A stretch of DNA of 40,243 nt from Welwitschia mirabilis. Taxonomy: Eukaryota. Shown here one piece after another: positions 24,674-35,479 of the stretch. Both the position numbers and the translations under genes were made by a program. The first letter of the stretch is position 1; every line of letters starts with the position of its first letter. The notes below the pieces were generated by a model, which was given only the letters and a program-made list of their open reading frames with translations, was not told where the DNA came from and did not search any database. The DNA lies in the NCBI GenBank assembly GCA_051453625.1, contig JBOZIK010000001.1, positions 7,779,715 to 7,819,957 of the forward strand. Direction: 5' to 3'.

Positions 24674-25418
24674 TGTTCATTAAAATCTAGTTTTGATGAT
24701 TCCACTTTTCAAATAGATTATGCCTATTATGTAGATAGGTTAAATTGAAGAACATGAATCTTGAATAGTATCAATCCAAGTCAAACTCAAAGTTCATAGT
24801 ACACAAAAAGTTCATCTTAGATTTCATAAATGCTAAATCACAACTAATTAAAGACATTTGCATAATTAAAGATTTCTATGGGAAAGACATTAGTACATTT
24901 AAAGATGTCTATGGAAAAGATGTCTACTACATTAAAGATGTATATGATGAACTAGACTTCATCACAGAGAAAGATTTCTATCTTGACAAAGACATCTATA
25001 CCAAAGTAAGAACTTGACACATGTGAAATATATCTATTATGTTAAAGATGTTTATGTTGCTTTGACTATTAAAAGATGTCCACTTAGTTGAAGATATTAT
25101 ACTAAACTAGAAGAGGTAATAGAGATAAAATGTATTTCGATAAATCATTTACATCCCATAAAAGTAATCAAGTTTTACATCTTGGATTCATGATTACTAA
25201 GGGTCACAAAGACTATATTTTAATTTTCATTAAAATTTGGCTGGTTTAACTAGAGACATCTTCCACGTTGAAGACATTTACTTGACAAGAGATGTTTACC
25301 ATCTTAAAGACATTTATCCCAAAAGTTTGTAAAAAATAAAATAGCCATTACATGTCCAAAGATTAACAATTTCTATTCATTATATGGTAGTTACCTGTTT
25401 TAAATGCCTTTCTCTCTC
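24674..25418 (+). repeat. 3' LTR of element A, 5' portion (cut by insertion of element B)
   Basis: Starts with TG after the PPT and is homologous to 11698-12650. Homology stops at the tctctctc tract, where unrelated sequence begins. Confidence 0.88.
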
Positions 25419-27742
25419 TAGAATCCTAAATGAGGGAGGGGGTATGAATAGGATAAAAATTGAAAGACTATCTGTAGAAAATATTGAATACCAAAAAAAT
25501 ATTTGTGCATACGAAATAATCAAATGATCTATTTATAAATAAGATCTAAAAAGAAAAATAACTAAAACTAGAAAATATTGATGGAGATTATTAGAAATAT
25601 AGTTTATAGTAATTTAGAAAATCTCCTACTCCACTCTTGATAATCAGCTTCTACCCAAGGCTGATTAGAATCCTTGTTACTTACTTCCTAGTATTCTCAG
25701 TTTCACCTATAATCTTTACAATAGGACTTTTCGAGGCTTAGTTTCAATATATAAATAAAATATTTTTTAAGGTCAATAGTGTGATAAGATGCATAGATTT
25801 CATCCAATCTAAAGTACAACAAAGATATTACGACACTGTCTAAAAATAGTGTCATAAATCCAAGTACATGCAGTGTAATCTAATTAATCAAAAGACTAAT
25901 AGTAAAAAGATAACTTTTTTAATTTAATCAGCAAAAAAAAGTTGTTAATGATTTTAATGACTATGATTTCTATAGAGGAAATATTTTGGGATTTTACAAC
26001 TGAATCTCAAATTTCAATGGATAAAAATAGAAAAATAATGACTAGAAAATAGACTAAGAAGTTTTAATTTTATCATGACTAGTTGATCCTTCAAAACATC
26101 TAGTCGACTCCATTAAGTATCATCAGTAAAGTCAATTGACTCCATCTTCTTCTAGTCAACTTGAGTTTTTTACATTACCTAGTTTAGTTAACCTCATCTA
26201 GGACCCAATTGACTACATATGTCTAGGTCTAATCGATCCCATTTTTGACTGATCAATCCCTCATGAAAATAGATGCAANNNNNNNNNNNNNNNNNNNNNN
26301 NNNNNNNNNNNNNNNNNNNNNNNNNNNNNNNNNNNNNNNNNNNNNNNNNNNNNNNNNNNNNNNNNNNNNNNNNNNNNNATTATAAACATAGTTTATAGTA
26401 ATTTAGAAAATCTCCTACTCCACTCTTGATAATTAGCTTCTACCCAAGGCTGATTAGAATCCTTGTTATTTACTTCCTAAGATTCTCAGTTTTACCTATA
26501 ACCTTTACAATAGGATTTTTCAAGGCTTAGTTTTAGTATATAAAGAAAATATTTTTTAAGGTCAATAGTGTGCTAAGATGCATAGACTTTACCCACTCTA
26601 AAATACAATAAAGATAATACTGCACTATCTGAAAACAGTGTCACAAATCCAAGTACATGCAGTGTAATCTAATTAACCAAAAGACTTATAGTAAAAAGAT
26701 ACTTTTTTTATTTAATTAGTAAAAAAGAGCTGTTAATGATTTTAACGATTATGGTTTATATAAAGGATATATTTTAGGGTTTTGTAAGTGAATCTCAAAT
26801 TGCAATGGATAAAAATAGGAAGATAATGGCTAGAAAATAGACTGAGAAATTTTATTTTTATCATGAGTGGTCGATCCTTCAAAACATCTAGTTAACTTCA
26901 TTAAGTTTCATCAGTGAAGTCAATTGACTCCATCTTCTTCTAGTCAACTTAAGTTTCTTATATTACCTATTTTAGCTAACCTCATCTAGGACCCAATTGA
27001 TTACATATGTCTAGGTCTGATGGATCCCATTTTTGATTAATCAACCCCTCATGAAAATAGATGCAAGATTTTTAGCATAAGTCCAGTCAACCCCTCAAAC
27101 ATCTAGTCGATCCCTTAAGGAAAAAAATTGATAGTTTCTTGTATAGATCTAGTTAATCCCTTAGAAGTCTAGTTAACCCCTTAATAAACTAGATATGATA
27201 ATCTTTGGTATAGGTCTAATCGACTCCTATGATATCTGATTAACCTAGATCTATTACTTATCAGGTTCAAGCATAGCTAGAGAAAAATTTTAGGTTATTT
27301 TTAAACTGTAAGAATTATTAGGTTCTACAATAAATGCAATATATTTTACTATACTAAAAAATGNNNNNNNNNNNNNNNNNNNNNNNNNNNNNNNNNNNNN
27401 NNNNNNNNNNNNNNNNNNNNNNNNNNNNNNNNNNNNNNNNNNNNNNNNNNNNNNNNNNNNNNNAAAAATTGACATTTTCTTGTATAGGTCTGGTTAATAT
27501 CTTAAAAGTCTGGTGAACCCCTTAATAAACTAGATATGATAATTTTTGGTATAGGTCTAATCAACTCCTATGGGATCTGATTGACCTAGATCTATTACTT
27601 ATCAGGTTCAAGCATAGCTAGTGAAAAATATCAGGTTATTTTTAACCTATAAGAATTATTATTTTATATAAGAAATGTAATATATTTTACTATACTAAAA
27701 AATGTTAATTTGACATCAACTTGGAAAAAATAAAACTTAATA
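25419..27742 (-). repeat. 3' LTR of element B (about half its apparent length is gap plus assembly duplication)
   Basis: Bounded by the minus-strand PPT and the C-rich end signal. It contains a GTCGAC-derived palindrome cluster (~26075-26260, 26865-27250) and a minus-strand TATA box cctttatataaac (26766-26754). The left boundary is uncertain by a few bp. Confidence 0.8.
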
Positions 27743-28090
27743 ACCTTCCCCTTTGACATTGATGGCATACTATACTTATTTGTATACATCAATTTGAAAA
27801 ATCCCTCTCACAAAATGCCCAAAATAGATTTGTAAAATATTACTGACCATGGTTATCTAGCTTAAGCATTCATAATGGTTTTGAAAAAAGAGCTATAAAA
27901 AAATTTGAAAGCATAGTTCATAGAAAATATAATGTTTATTAATAAATAAGACAAATGATACATACATTTATTTTTATTAATCATACTTGCATTGTATAAC
28001 TAAAAGATAATTATATGATAATAACTAATTATAACTAATTTTGTAAACTCTATTTCTCCTTATTTTGGCATCAATGATAAAGGAGAGAAA
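27743..28090 (-). other. Terminal PPT and upstream multi-PPT motifs of element B
   Basis: The minus strand reads tgccatcaatgtcaaaggggaaggt|ta at the LTR border, ttttgtgagagggat at ~27815-27801, and tctctcctttatcattgatgccaaaataaggagaaa at ~28088-28053. Multiple PPTs are a Sirevirus hallmark. Confidence 0.75.
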
Positions 28091-28149
28091 AAAAGAAATA
28101 AGAAAAAAAATAAGAATAGTAACAATAATGAAAATAACATAATTAATCT

Positions 28150-29213
28150 CATTATTCTTCTTCCTCCTCCTTAGATCTTCTCTAGAATCTCGGTCATCAT
28201 CTTCTTCTTCTTCTTCTTCTTCTTCTGCTTACATCTTTTATGTAGAGCTACCAGATTCCTTGAAATATTAATAATTTTATACCCCACTACGATGAGTGCT
28301 TATTTTCTTATGCTGAGTTAAAAAATCTAGCCTCTTAAGGTACAATAGAGTCTCTTCAGGGGAGGCTTGCTTCGGGAGAAGAAGATTTTAAAGATTTATT
28401 AGATCTAGAGAAAATGTATATGCAAGATAGAATAACATACCCAATAAAAGACATAGGAGCTAAAGTATCAAGTTTAGAGTGCATTTGGATCCTAAAATGA
28501 TAATAGATGTTTACAATCAGAATGGAGTAAGCAAGAGCCCCAGTTTTGTGGTAATCTAACTAAGAGACCATATTATTAAGAATAATGATAGAAGCATTAA
28601 TGGAGTAATAAGTTCCTACCAAGTACAAAAGATAAGCATGATAATTTGTGCTCTTATCATAATGATCAACAANNNNNNNNNNNNNNNNNNNNAAAATGAA
28701 ATGAAGAAAATGATACTTTAGAGTAAGATAGAAGGTGGAAATGGTGGTTTTTCCCTAAATGAATTCCCCATAGAGTTTTTTGGTGATTTCTACCTTGTCC
28801 TTCATGGAGTCACATAAGGGATAAAACTCCTTATAATATCCTATAAAGAGATTGATAAAGGAGGCTATCAGATCTTTGGTTACTTGTATCCTTTTTTCTA
28901 GAACAAGTATAGGAATGGTAGAGGAATTTCTATCATAGGTGGCATTACAATATAACATGTAGATAAGAAAAGGATATGATAACCCAAAAAAATTAAGGAA
29001 ATAAGAGAGATATAGAGTATTAAGAAGTCTTATGATATCCTTAAGTTCTCTGAGTTCCCATGAAGCTACTAGCCTCTCCTAATAGATAGGCTTCTTTTTA
29101 AACTTTTCACTAAACTTATCTAGGGCTTTATTTGACATTTCTGAGTGAAAATATCCTAGATAATTTCTTGTAGGCTCTTTTTATTATTATCTTCTATAGG
29201 GATCCTCTACCAT
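28150..29213 (-). pseudogene. Extra (env-like) ORF of element B, putative-plant-transposon-protein-like domain with acidic tail, decayed
   Basis: ATG at 29213, then KFKKKPIY*ERLV and YPFLIYMLYCNATY (28976-28935; cf. YP.LVREFYAN). Further on is HYDKSTNYHAYLLYLVG...INASIIILNNM...LAYSILIVNIYYHF (~28660-28495), and a poly-Glu tail from (CTT)n at 28201-28226. Confidence 0.75.
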
Positions 29214-29249
29214 TAATACACATGATACTTTTTAAAACAAATATCATGG

Positions 29250-29600
29250 AAGAAGACAGCAAGATCTGAGAGAGATAGGGAGATAGATGAAAATAAGGAA
29301 TGTAGGGCTTTAAAAGATTTTATAAGGTGGTGGGGTAAAATAAGTTGAATCTAAAAGAAAAAGGAATCCATCACCTTTCTTTATCTCTTAAATCATATAA
29401 GTCTAGTCGATTACATTATGATTCATTCAACCCATTGAGATGTGGATCAAATAATTTCTAGGTCTAGTCAACTAGGACTTCAGACTGGTTAACTTGACTA
29501 AGTTCAGGTTTTGCTGGAAAAGTTTGGATAACCAGGAAAAATTTGGTTAACCTAATTTCTCTAGGTCTAGTTGAATAAATAGAAAATCTAATTAACTATT
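29250..29600 (-). promoter_or_regulatory. Post-pol copy of the element-B LTR palindrome cluster with TATA box; putative internal promoter
   Basis: gtctagtcgat (29401), ggtctagtcaact (29461), ctggttaact and ggtctagttgaa (29564) match LTR-B motifs. Minus-strand tataaaa at 29324-29318 is followed by a CT-rich leader and the ATG at 29213. Confidence 0.6.
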
Positions 29601-29619
29601 CTACTTTAGTCAGAGGATG

Positions 29620-32079
29620 GAGAGATATTTTCTAATTCTTAATGAAGTCTTAAAATGTTGTCAAAGCTTAAGGATTTTGTGAAAATATCAGATAGCTATT
29701 CATCATTGCTTATAAAGTTCATAGAAATATTGCCTCTTTCTACTTGATCTCTAAGGAAATGGTGGCTTAGTTCAATATGTTTAGGTCAATAATGTTGAAT
29801 AGAATTTTTTAAAATATTAATTATACTTGTATTATTATAAAATATTAGAACTTGATCAAAATTAACTCCAAAATCTTTAAGTATTTCCTTCATTCATAGA
29901 AGATGAATACAACAAAACTCTACTGCTATATATTCTATTTATGTTATGAAAAAGAAGATAAAATTATTCTTCTTACTTACCCATTCTACCAAGAATTATC
30001 CTATAAGAAAATAATTTCAATTAGTTCTTTTTTTATTATCTTTGAAACTAGCTCAGTCTATATGACTAAATCCTACAAACTTAAAAGAAGTTTTTGTAGG
30101 ATACCATAGCCCATAGTCACTGGTTTCTTTTATATCTCTTATGATTTTTTTGATAGCTTAGAGGTGTGATTCCTTTGATTGAGTCTGATATCTTGCACAG
30201 ACAGTAACACTAAACATTATGTTAGGTCTACTAGTAGTTAAACATAATAAATTTTCTATCATGCTCCTATAAAGTTTTTGTTTCACAAATTTTTCATGAT
30301 CATTAAGACTAACCTTATATGAAGTTGACATAAGTGTGTTAGTTAGTTTTGCATTTTCTAATGTAAATCACTTAATCAATTATTTTGAAAGATCCTGTTT
30401 TGTGGCTTTAAAAATTATGTCATCAACATATATTTGAATGATTGTAAAGTCATCTTTAAGATTTTTGACAAACATAGTTTTATTCACAACTTCATAGGTG
30501 TAACCATTTTCTTTAAGAAATGTTACTATGTTTTTTCACTAAGCCCTTAGAACCTATTTTAAACTATATAAAGACTTTTTGAGTCTATAGATATGGTTGA
30601 TTTATGTGAATCTATGAAACCTTGCAGTTATTCCATATAAACGTCTTCATTGATAGTTCCATTTAAAAAGATAGTTTCCATGTTCATCTAAAAAATTTTG
30701 ATGTTTTTGTAGGATTCATAGAAGAGAAACATTCTAATACTATCTAGTCTAGCTACTAGAACAAATGTATCTCCTATGTCTATTCCTTTAATCTAGTTGT
30801 AACCTTAAGCCACTAATTTGGCTTTGTTTTTAATACATTATTGTGTTCATCACACTTATTATTAAAGATCCATTTTATTCCAATTATATTCTAATCTTTT
30901 AGTCTTTCTACTAGTTTTAAACATTATTTCTTCTGAATTTTTATAGTCCTTCTTGCATAGCCATCATTCATTCTTCAAGAGATTTAACCTCTACAAATTT
31001 TTTGAGTTTAATTTGAGAAACATAATAAATATAGGCACTAAAAGTTTTTAAGATAGTTTTTAGTATAAAGTTTTAAGCTTACATCTCCAATAATAGACTC
31101 AACTGGATGATCTTTTATCTCTTTAAACTTTTTAGAGGTAGCCTTTTAAGATGGTTCTTCTTCCTTTTTAGTTGTTACTTCTTTTACTATGAAGATACCT
31201 AAAGTAAGAATTTCTTCACCACTTAAAGGAAGAAGTCTAGTACTAAAGTAATCTATTTGAATGTTTATAAATTCTTTCATTGTTAAAATTCATTTGCTAA
31301 ATACTGATAGGCTATACTCCTAGTTAAGTATCATAGAAAATTGCTTCACTGGCTTTGAAATTAAATTTGCTCAAGTGTTCTCTATCTTTTAAGATAAAAC
31401 ATTTAGTTTCAAATACCTTAAAATATGATACATTTGGCTTTCTTTCTTTCTAAAGTTCGTAAAAAGTTTTATTCATACTTGATCTTAGATAGACTCTATT
31501 AAAAATGTAGCATGTAGTACTTACTACTTTAGGCCAAAAGGTTTTAGGTACTTCCTTACCATTTAGCATTATTCTTATCATCTCTTAAAGGACGCGTTTT
31601 TTATTTTTACAATTCCATTTTGTTGTAGAGTATTTGNNNNNNNNNNNNNNNNNNNNNNNNNNNNNNNNNNNNNNNNNNNNNNNNNNNNNNNNNNNNNNNN
31701 NNNNNNNNNNNNNNNNNNNNNNNNNNNNNNNNNNNNACTTCCTTACCATTTAGCATTATTCTTATCATCTCTTGAAGGACTTGGTTTTTTATTTTTACAA
31801 TTCCATTTTGTTGTAGAATCTTTAGGGCTACAAACTACTGTTGTATACCATTGTATACATAATATTTCTCAAAAAGATGATTTTTTAATTTTCCTCCATG
31901 ATCACTTCTAATCCTTTTAATGGTGTGTCCATTCTTATTTTATTTTTTATTACAAATTTTAAGACAACTATTAAATGTTTTAGCTTTATTTTCTAAGAAG
32001 GAAATCTAAGTAAATCTAGATAACTCATCTATCATAGTTAAAAAATATCATTTTCCTTTTAGAAGTTTAGATAGGACCC
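29620..32079 (-). pseudogene. pol: pol pseudogene of element B (integrase core, RT, RNase H)
   Basis: Integrase: GPI...KGK*YFLTMIDELSRFT (32078-32010), IRSDHGGK (~31910) and LQQNGIV (~31817). RT: IQIYVDDIIF (YVDD at 30430-30419) and YRSMI..LL.LT.SRPNIMFSV.VCARYQ. RNase H: KHIELSHHFLRDQV..LSDIFTKSL (~29783-29670). Confidence 0.92.
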
Positions 32080-33670
32080 TCTTGTGATGCTAATTTGTAG
32101 GAATTAATGATCTATTTTGAGTACTATTGTAAGACATTTATATAAGTTTGGATGCAATTCTGATGATTATGGAGAACTGATAGGATATCCACTAAAGCAT
32201 GCAATTCTTAACATATTTGAAGGAATCTTAGGCTTATTTTAATACTTATTCCTNNNNNNNNNNNNNNNNNNNNNNNNNNNNNNNNNNNNNNNNNNNNNNN
32301 NNNNNNNNNNNNNNNNNNNNNNNNNNNNNNNNNNNNNNNNNNNNNNNNNNNNNGAATCTAGATAACTCATCTATCATAGTTAAAAAATATCATTTTCCTT
32401 TTAGACTTTTAGTCTTGATAGGACCCTTTTATGATGACAATTTGTAGGAATTTAATGATCTATTTTAAGCACTATTGTAGGACATTTATACAAGTTTGGA
32501 TGTAATTTTGATGATTATGGAGAATTGATAGGATATCCACTAAAGCATGAAATTCTTAACATATTTGAAGGAATCTTAGGCTTATTTTAATACTCATGCC
32601 TTTAAGGAAAGATTAACCATGTAGAAGACTGATTTCCCCTTGAAATAGATGATAGAAAGACCTTTTAATCCCTCTATCATCTCCACAATAATCAAGATAA
32701 AAACTCTGCTAACATGAATTAAGTCTAAGGAGTGGACTGTGAGGCCTTAAGTTGGGGGATCACTTTTTGTTATGGAGTATGATCTCCATTGTCATCTCCA
32801 CGATAGTCAAGACAACACTTANNNNNNNNNNNNNNNNNNNNNNNNNNNNNNNNNNNNNNNNNNNNNNNNNNNNNNNNNNNNNNNNNNNNNNNNNNNNNNN
32901 NNNNNNNNNNNNNNNNNNNNNNNNNNNNNNNNNNNNNNNNNNNNNNNNNNNNNNNNNNNNNNNNNNNNNNNNNNNNNNNNNNNNNNNNNNNNNNNNNNNN
33001 NNNNNNNNNNNNNNNNNNNNNNNNNNNNNNNNNNNNNNNNNNNNNNNNNNNNNNNNNNNNNNNNNNNNNNNNNNNNNNNNNNNNNNNNNNNNNNNNNNNN
33101 NNNNNNNNNNNNNNNNNNNNNNNNNNNNNNNNNNNNNNNNNNNNNNNNNNNNNNNNNNNNNNNNNNNNNNNNNNNNNNNNNNNNNNNNNNNNNNNNNNNN
33201 NNNNNNNNNNNNNNNNNNNNNNNNNNNNNNNNNNNNNNNNNNNNNNNNNNNNNNNNNNNNNNNNNNNNNNNNNNNNNNNNNNNNNNNNNNNNNNNNNNNN
33301 NNNNNNNNNNNNNNNNNNNNNNNNNNNNNNNNNNNNNNNNNNNNNNNNNNNNNNNNNNNNNNNNNNNNNNNNNNNNNNNNNNNNNNNNNNNNNNNNNNNN
33401 NNNNNNCAAATAGAACTCGTTAACTTTTATTTCATCCATTTCATTTCATCATATTCATCTTGCAGTACATTACATTGTTCTTTGTTTTTCATTTGTAAAA
33501 AATACTAAAATACTTTGTGAATTCAATTCTCTAACTTCTAGCCTAATGCCTTTAATGGATTATGACATTTAGATTGACTCCCGTCTATACTAGTATGTGT
33601 TTCCTGCAAGTATTATGATTTACAAGTTTTGCCTAAAGACTTTAAAATTACATAAATTTACATCATAACA
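32080..33670 (+). repeat. 5' LTR of element C (start duplicated at 32427, end duplicated at 34736)
   Basis: The start t(c)ttgtgatgctaatttgtaggaatt is an imperfect inverted repeat of the end aattacataaatttacatcataaca. It ends in CA at 33670 before the PBS. The flanking host 5-mer gaccc (32075-32079) is the candidate TSD. Confidence 0.8.
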
Positions 33671-33672
33671 TT

Positions 33673-33690
33673 TGGCACCATTACTGGGAA
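33673..33690 (+). other. Primer-binding site (tRNA-Asp type) of element C; duplicate at 34740-34757
   Basis: tggcaccattactgggaa and tgaaaccattgctgggga are transition-decayed forms of the Athila PBS TGGCGCCGTTGCCGGGGA. Confidence 0.85.
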
Positions 33691-35479
33691 AGGCTGCAAG
33701 GAGCCAGAGTATTATCACTATCCAGATAAGTACCTTGAATTCCAGTTTAGGTTATTTATTTAAAATAGTACTATATTTTATTATAGTCTATTAGGTTTAT
33801 TTTGGTAATTTTCCTTTTTTATAGTTTAAAAAAATATTCACTGTCCTATTTTTAGCCATCACCATGATAATGGAAATGATAGTCATAAATTTTTAAATTT
33901 ATTTTCTTTTTTTATAAATTTTATTTCTATTAGTAGCAACAATAAAAATACTATTGTCTTATCTGTCATTCCCATGATAAGCCGGATGACAATTTATTTA
34001 TTTAGTTATGCTAATTTTTCTTTTTTGTGATTTTAATTTTTTACTATTATGATTATCATCCCTCCTGTCGTCCCCATAACTAGGTGGACGATTGTCAGTT
34101 ATTTTTTATTTCGGTTTTTATTTAGTATCTAAAGTATGCAGGGACATGGTGAATTTTGATAGAATGATGACATATTAGAGAAAGTAAAACCTGATTGAAG
34201 ACAATATCAGAGAAGGATTATTCGACTTAAAGTAAAATATGGGTATGTGCACTCAAGGTATGCAAANNNNNNNNNNNNNNNNNNNNNNNNNNNNNNNNNN
34301 NNNNNNNNNNNNNNNNNNNNNNNNNNNNNNNNNNNNNNNNNNNNNNNNNNNNNNNNNNNNNNNNNNCTATTTGCTATATCTTATAGTTTATGTTGGTTAG
34401 AAATAAGTGATAAACTCTTTCTAATTGATCTAAGTTATAAGAAATAATTCTTATGATAAGAGGATTGAAATCCAAATAGAACTCATTAACTTACATTTCA
34501 TCCATTGCATTTCACCATATTCATCTTGCATTACATTACATTGTTCTTTATTTTTCATTTGTAAAAAATACTAAAATACTTTATGACTTCAATTCTCTAA
34601 CTTCTAGCCTAATACCTTTAATGGATTATGACATTTAGATTGACTCCCGTCTATACTAGTATGTGTTTCCTGCAATTATTATGATTTACAAGTTTTACCT
34701 AAAGACTTCAAAATTACATAAATTTACATCATAACATTTTGAAACCATTGCTGGGGAAGGCTGCAAGGAGTCAGAAGATTATCACTATCCAGATAAGTTC
34801 CTTGAATTTCAATTTAGGTTATTTATTTGAAATAGTACTATATTTTATTATAGTCTAATAGGTTTAATTTGGTAATTTTCCTTTTTTGCAGTTTAAAAAA
34901 AATTCACTGTCATCTTTTCAGCCATCACCATGATAGTGGAAATGATAGACATAGATTTTTTAATATATTTTCTTTTTTTATAAATTTTATTTCTATTAAT
35001 AGCAATAATAAAAATATTAGTGTCTTATAAGCTGGATGACAATTTATTTATTTAGTTATGGTAATTTTTCTTTTTTATGATTTTAGTTTTTTACTATTAT
35101 GATTATCATCCCTCCTGTCATCCCCATGACTAGGTTAATGATTGTTAGTTGTTTTTTATTTTAGTTTTTATTCATTATCTAAAGTATGCAGGGGCATGGT
35201 GAATTCTGATAGAATGATGACATATTAGAGATCGTAGAACCTGATTAAAGATAATATCAGAGAAGGATTATTCAACTTTAAGTAAAATCTAGTATGTGCA
35301 CTCTAGGTATGCAAATTCTAAGAATTAAAGAAGAGGATTTTTCTATTTTTATTATTTTAGAATCAAATTTTGCAAAAGAAAATTGTAAAAACAATAGCAT
35401 AGAAGTAGATCATGTCATTTCTTTTTTATGTCAAAATCCTTGTAAAAATAAAAATAAGTCACTTCATCTAATACACTAA

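Larger units (their letters stand above)
11698..25418 (+). mobile_element. Element A: degenerate Ty1/copia Sirevirus (SIRE/Maximus lineage) LTR retrotransposon; 3' LTR interrupted by element B
   Basis: Matching LTR starts at 11698 and 24674. C-rich LTR-end signal ttattcacccct (~13771), PBS at 13809, and copia domain order gag-PR-INT-RT-RH. A long post-pol region carries an extra ORF. The Sirevirus-type terminal PPT reads catcataaaaaaggggaatat|tg. Confidence 0.92.
25419..32079 (-). mobile_element. Element B: second degenerate Sirevirus (different family), 3' part only; interrupted in the integrase by element C
   Basis: Minus-strand LTR-end signal (plus strand gagggagggggtatgaatagg at 25432). 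Also present are a PPT at 27743, additional upstream PPT-like motifs, an extra ORF, and copia-order INT-RT-RH on the minus strand. Confidence 0.9.

Noticed and set aside
32752..33439. Long ORFs in the track (e.g. 223 aa, 213 aa, 206 aa; also 15600-16070 and 37702-38119)
   Set aside because: They consist almost entirely of N-gap (X) residues and are artefacts.
33407..35315. Two LTR-end plus PBS copies suggesting a tandem or double Athila element
   Set aside because: The copies overlap across a 100-N gap like the many other gap-flanking duplicates, so an assembly mosaic explains them better.
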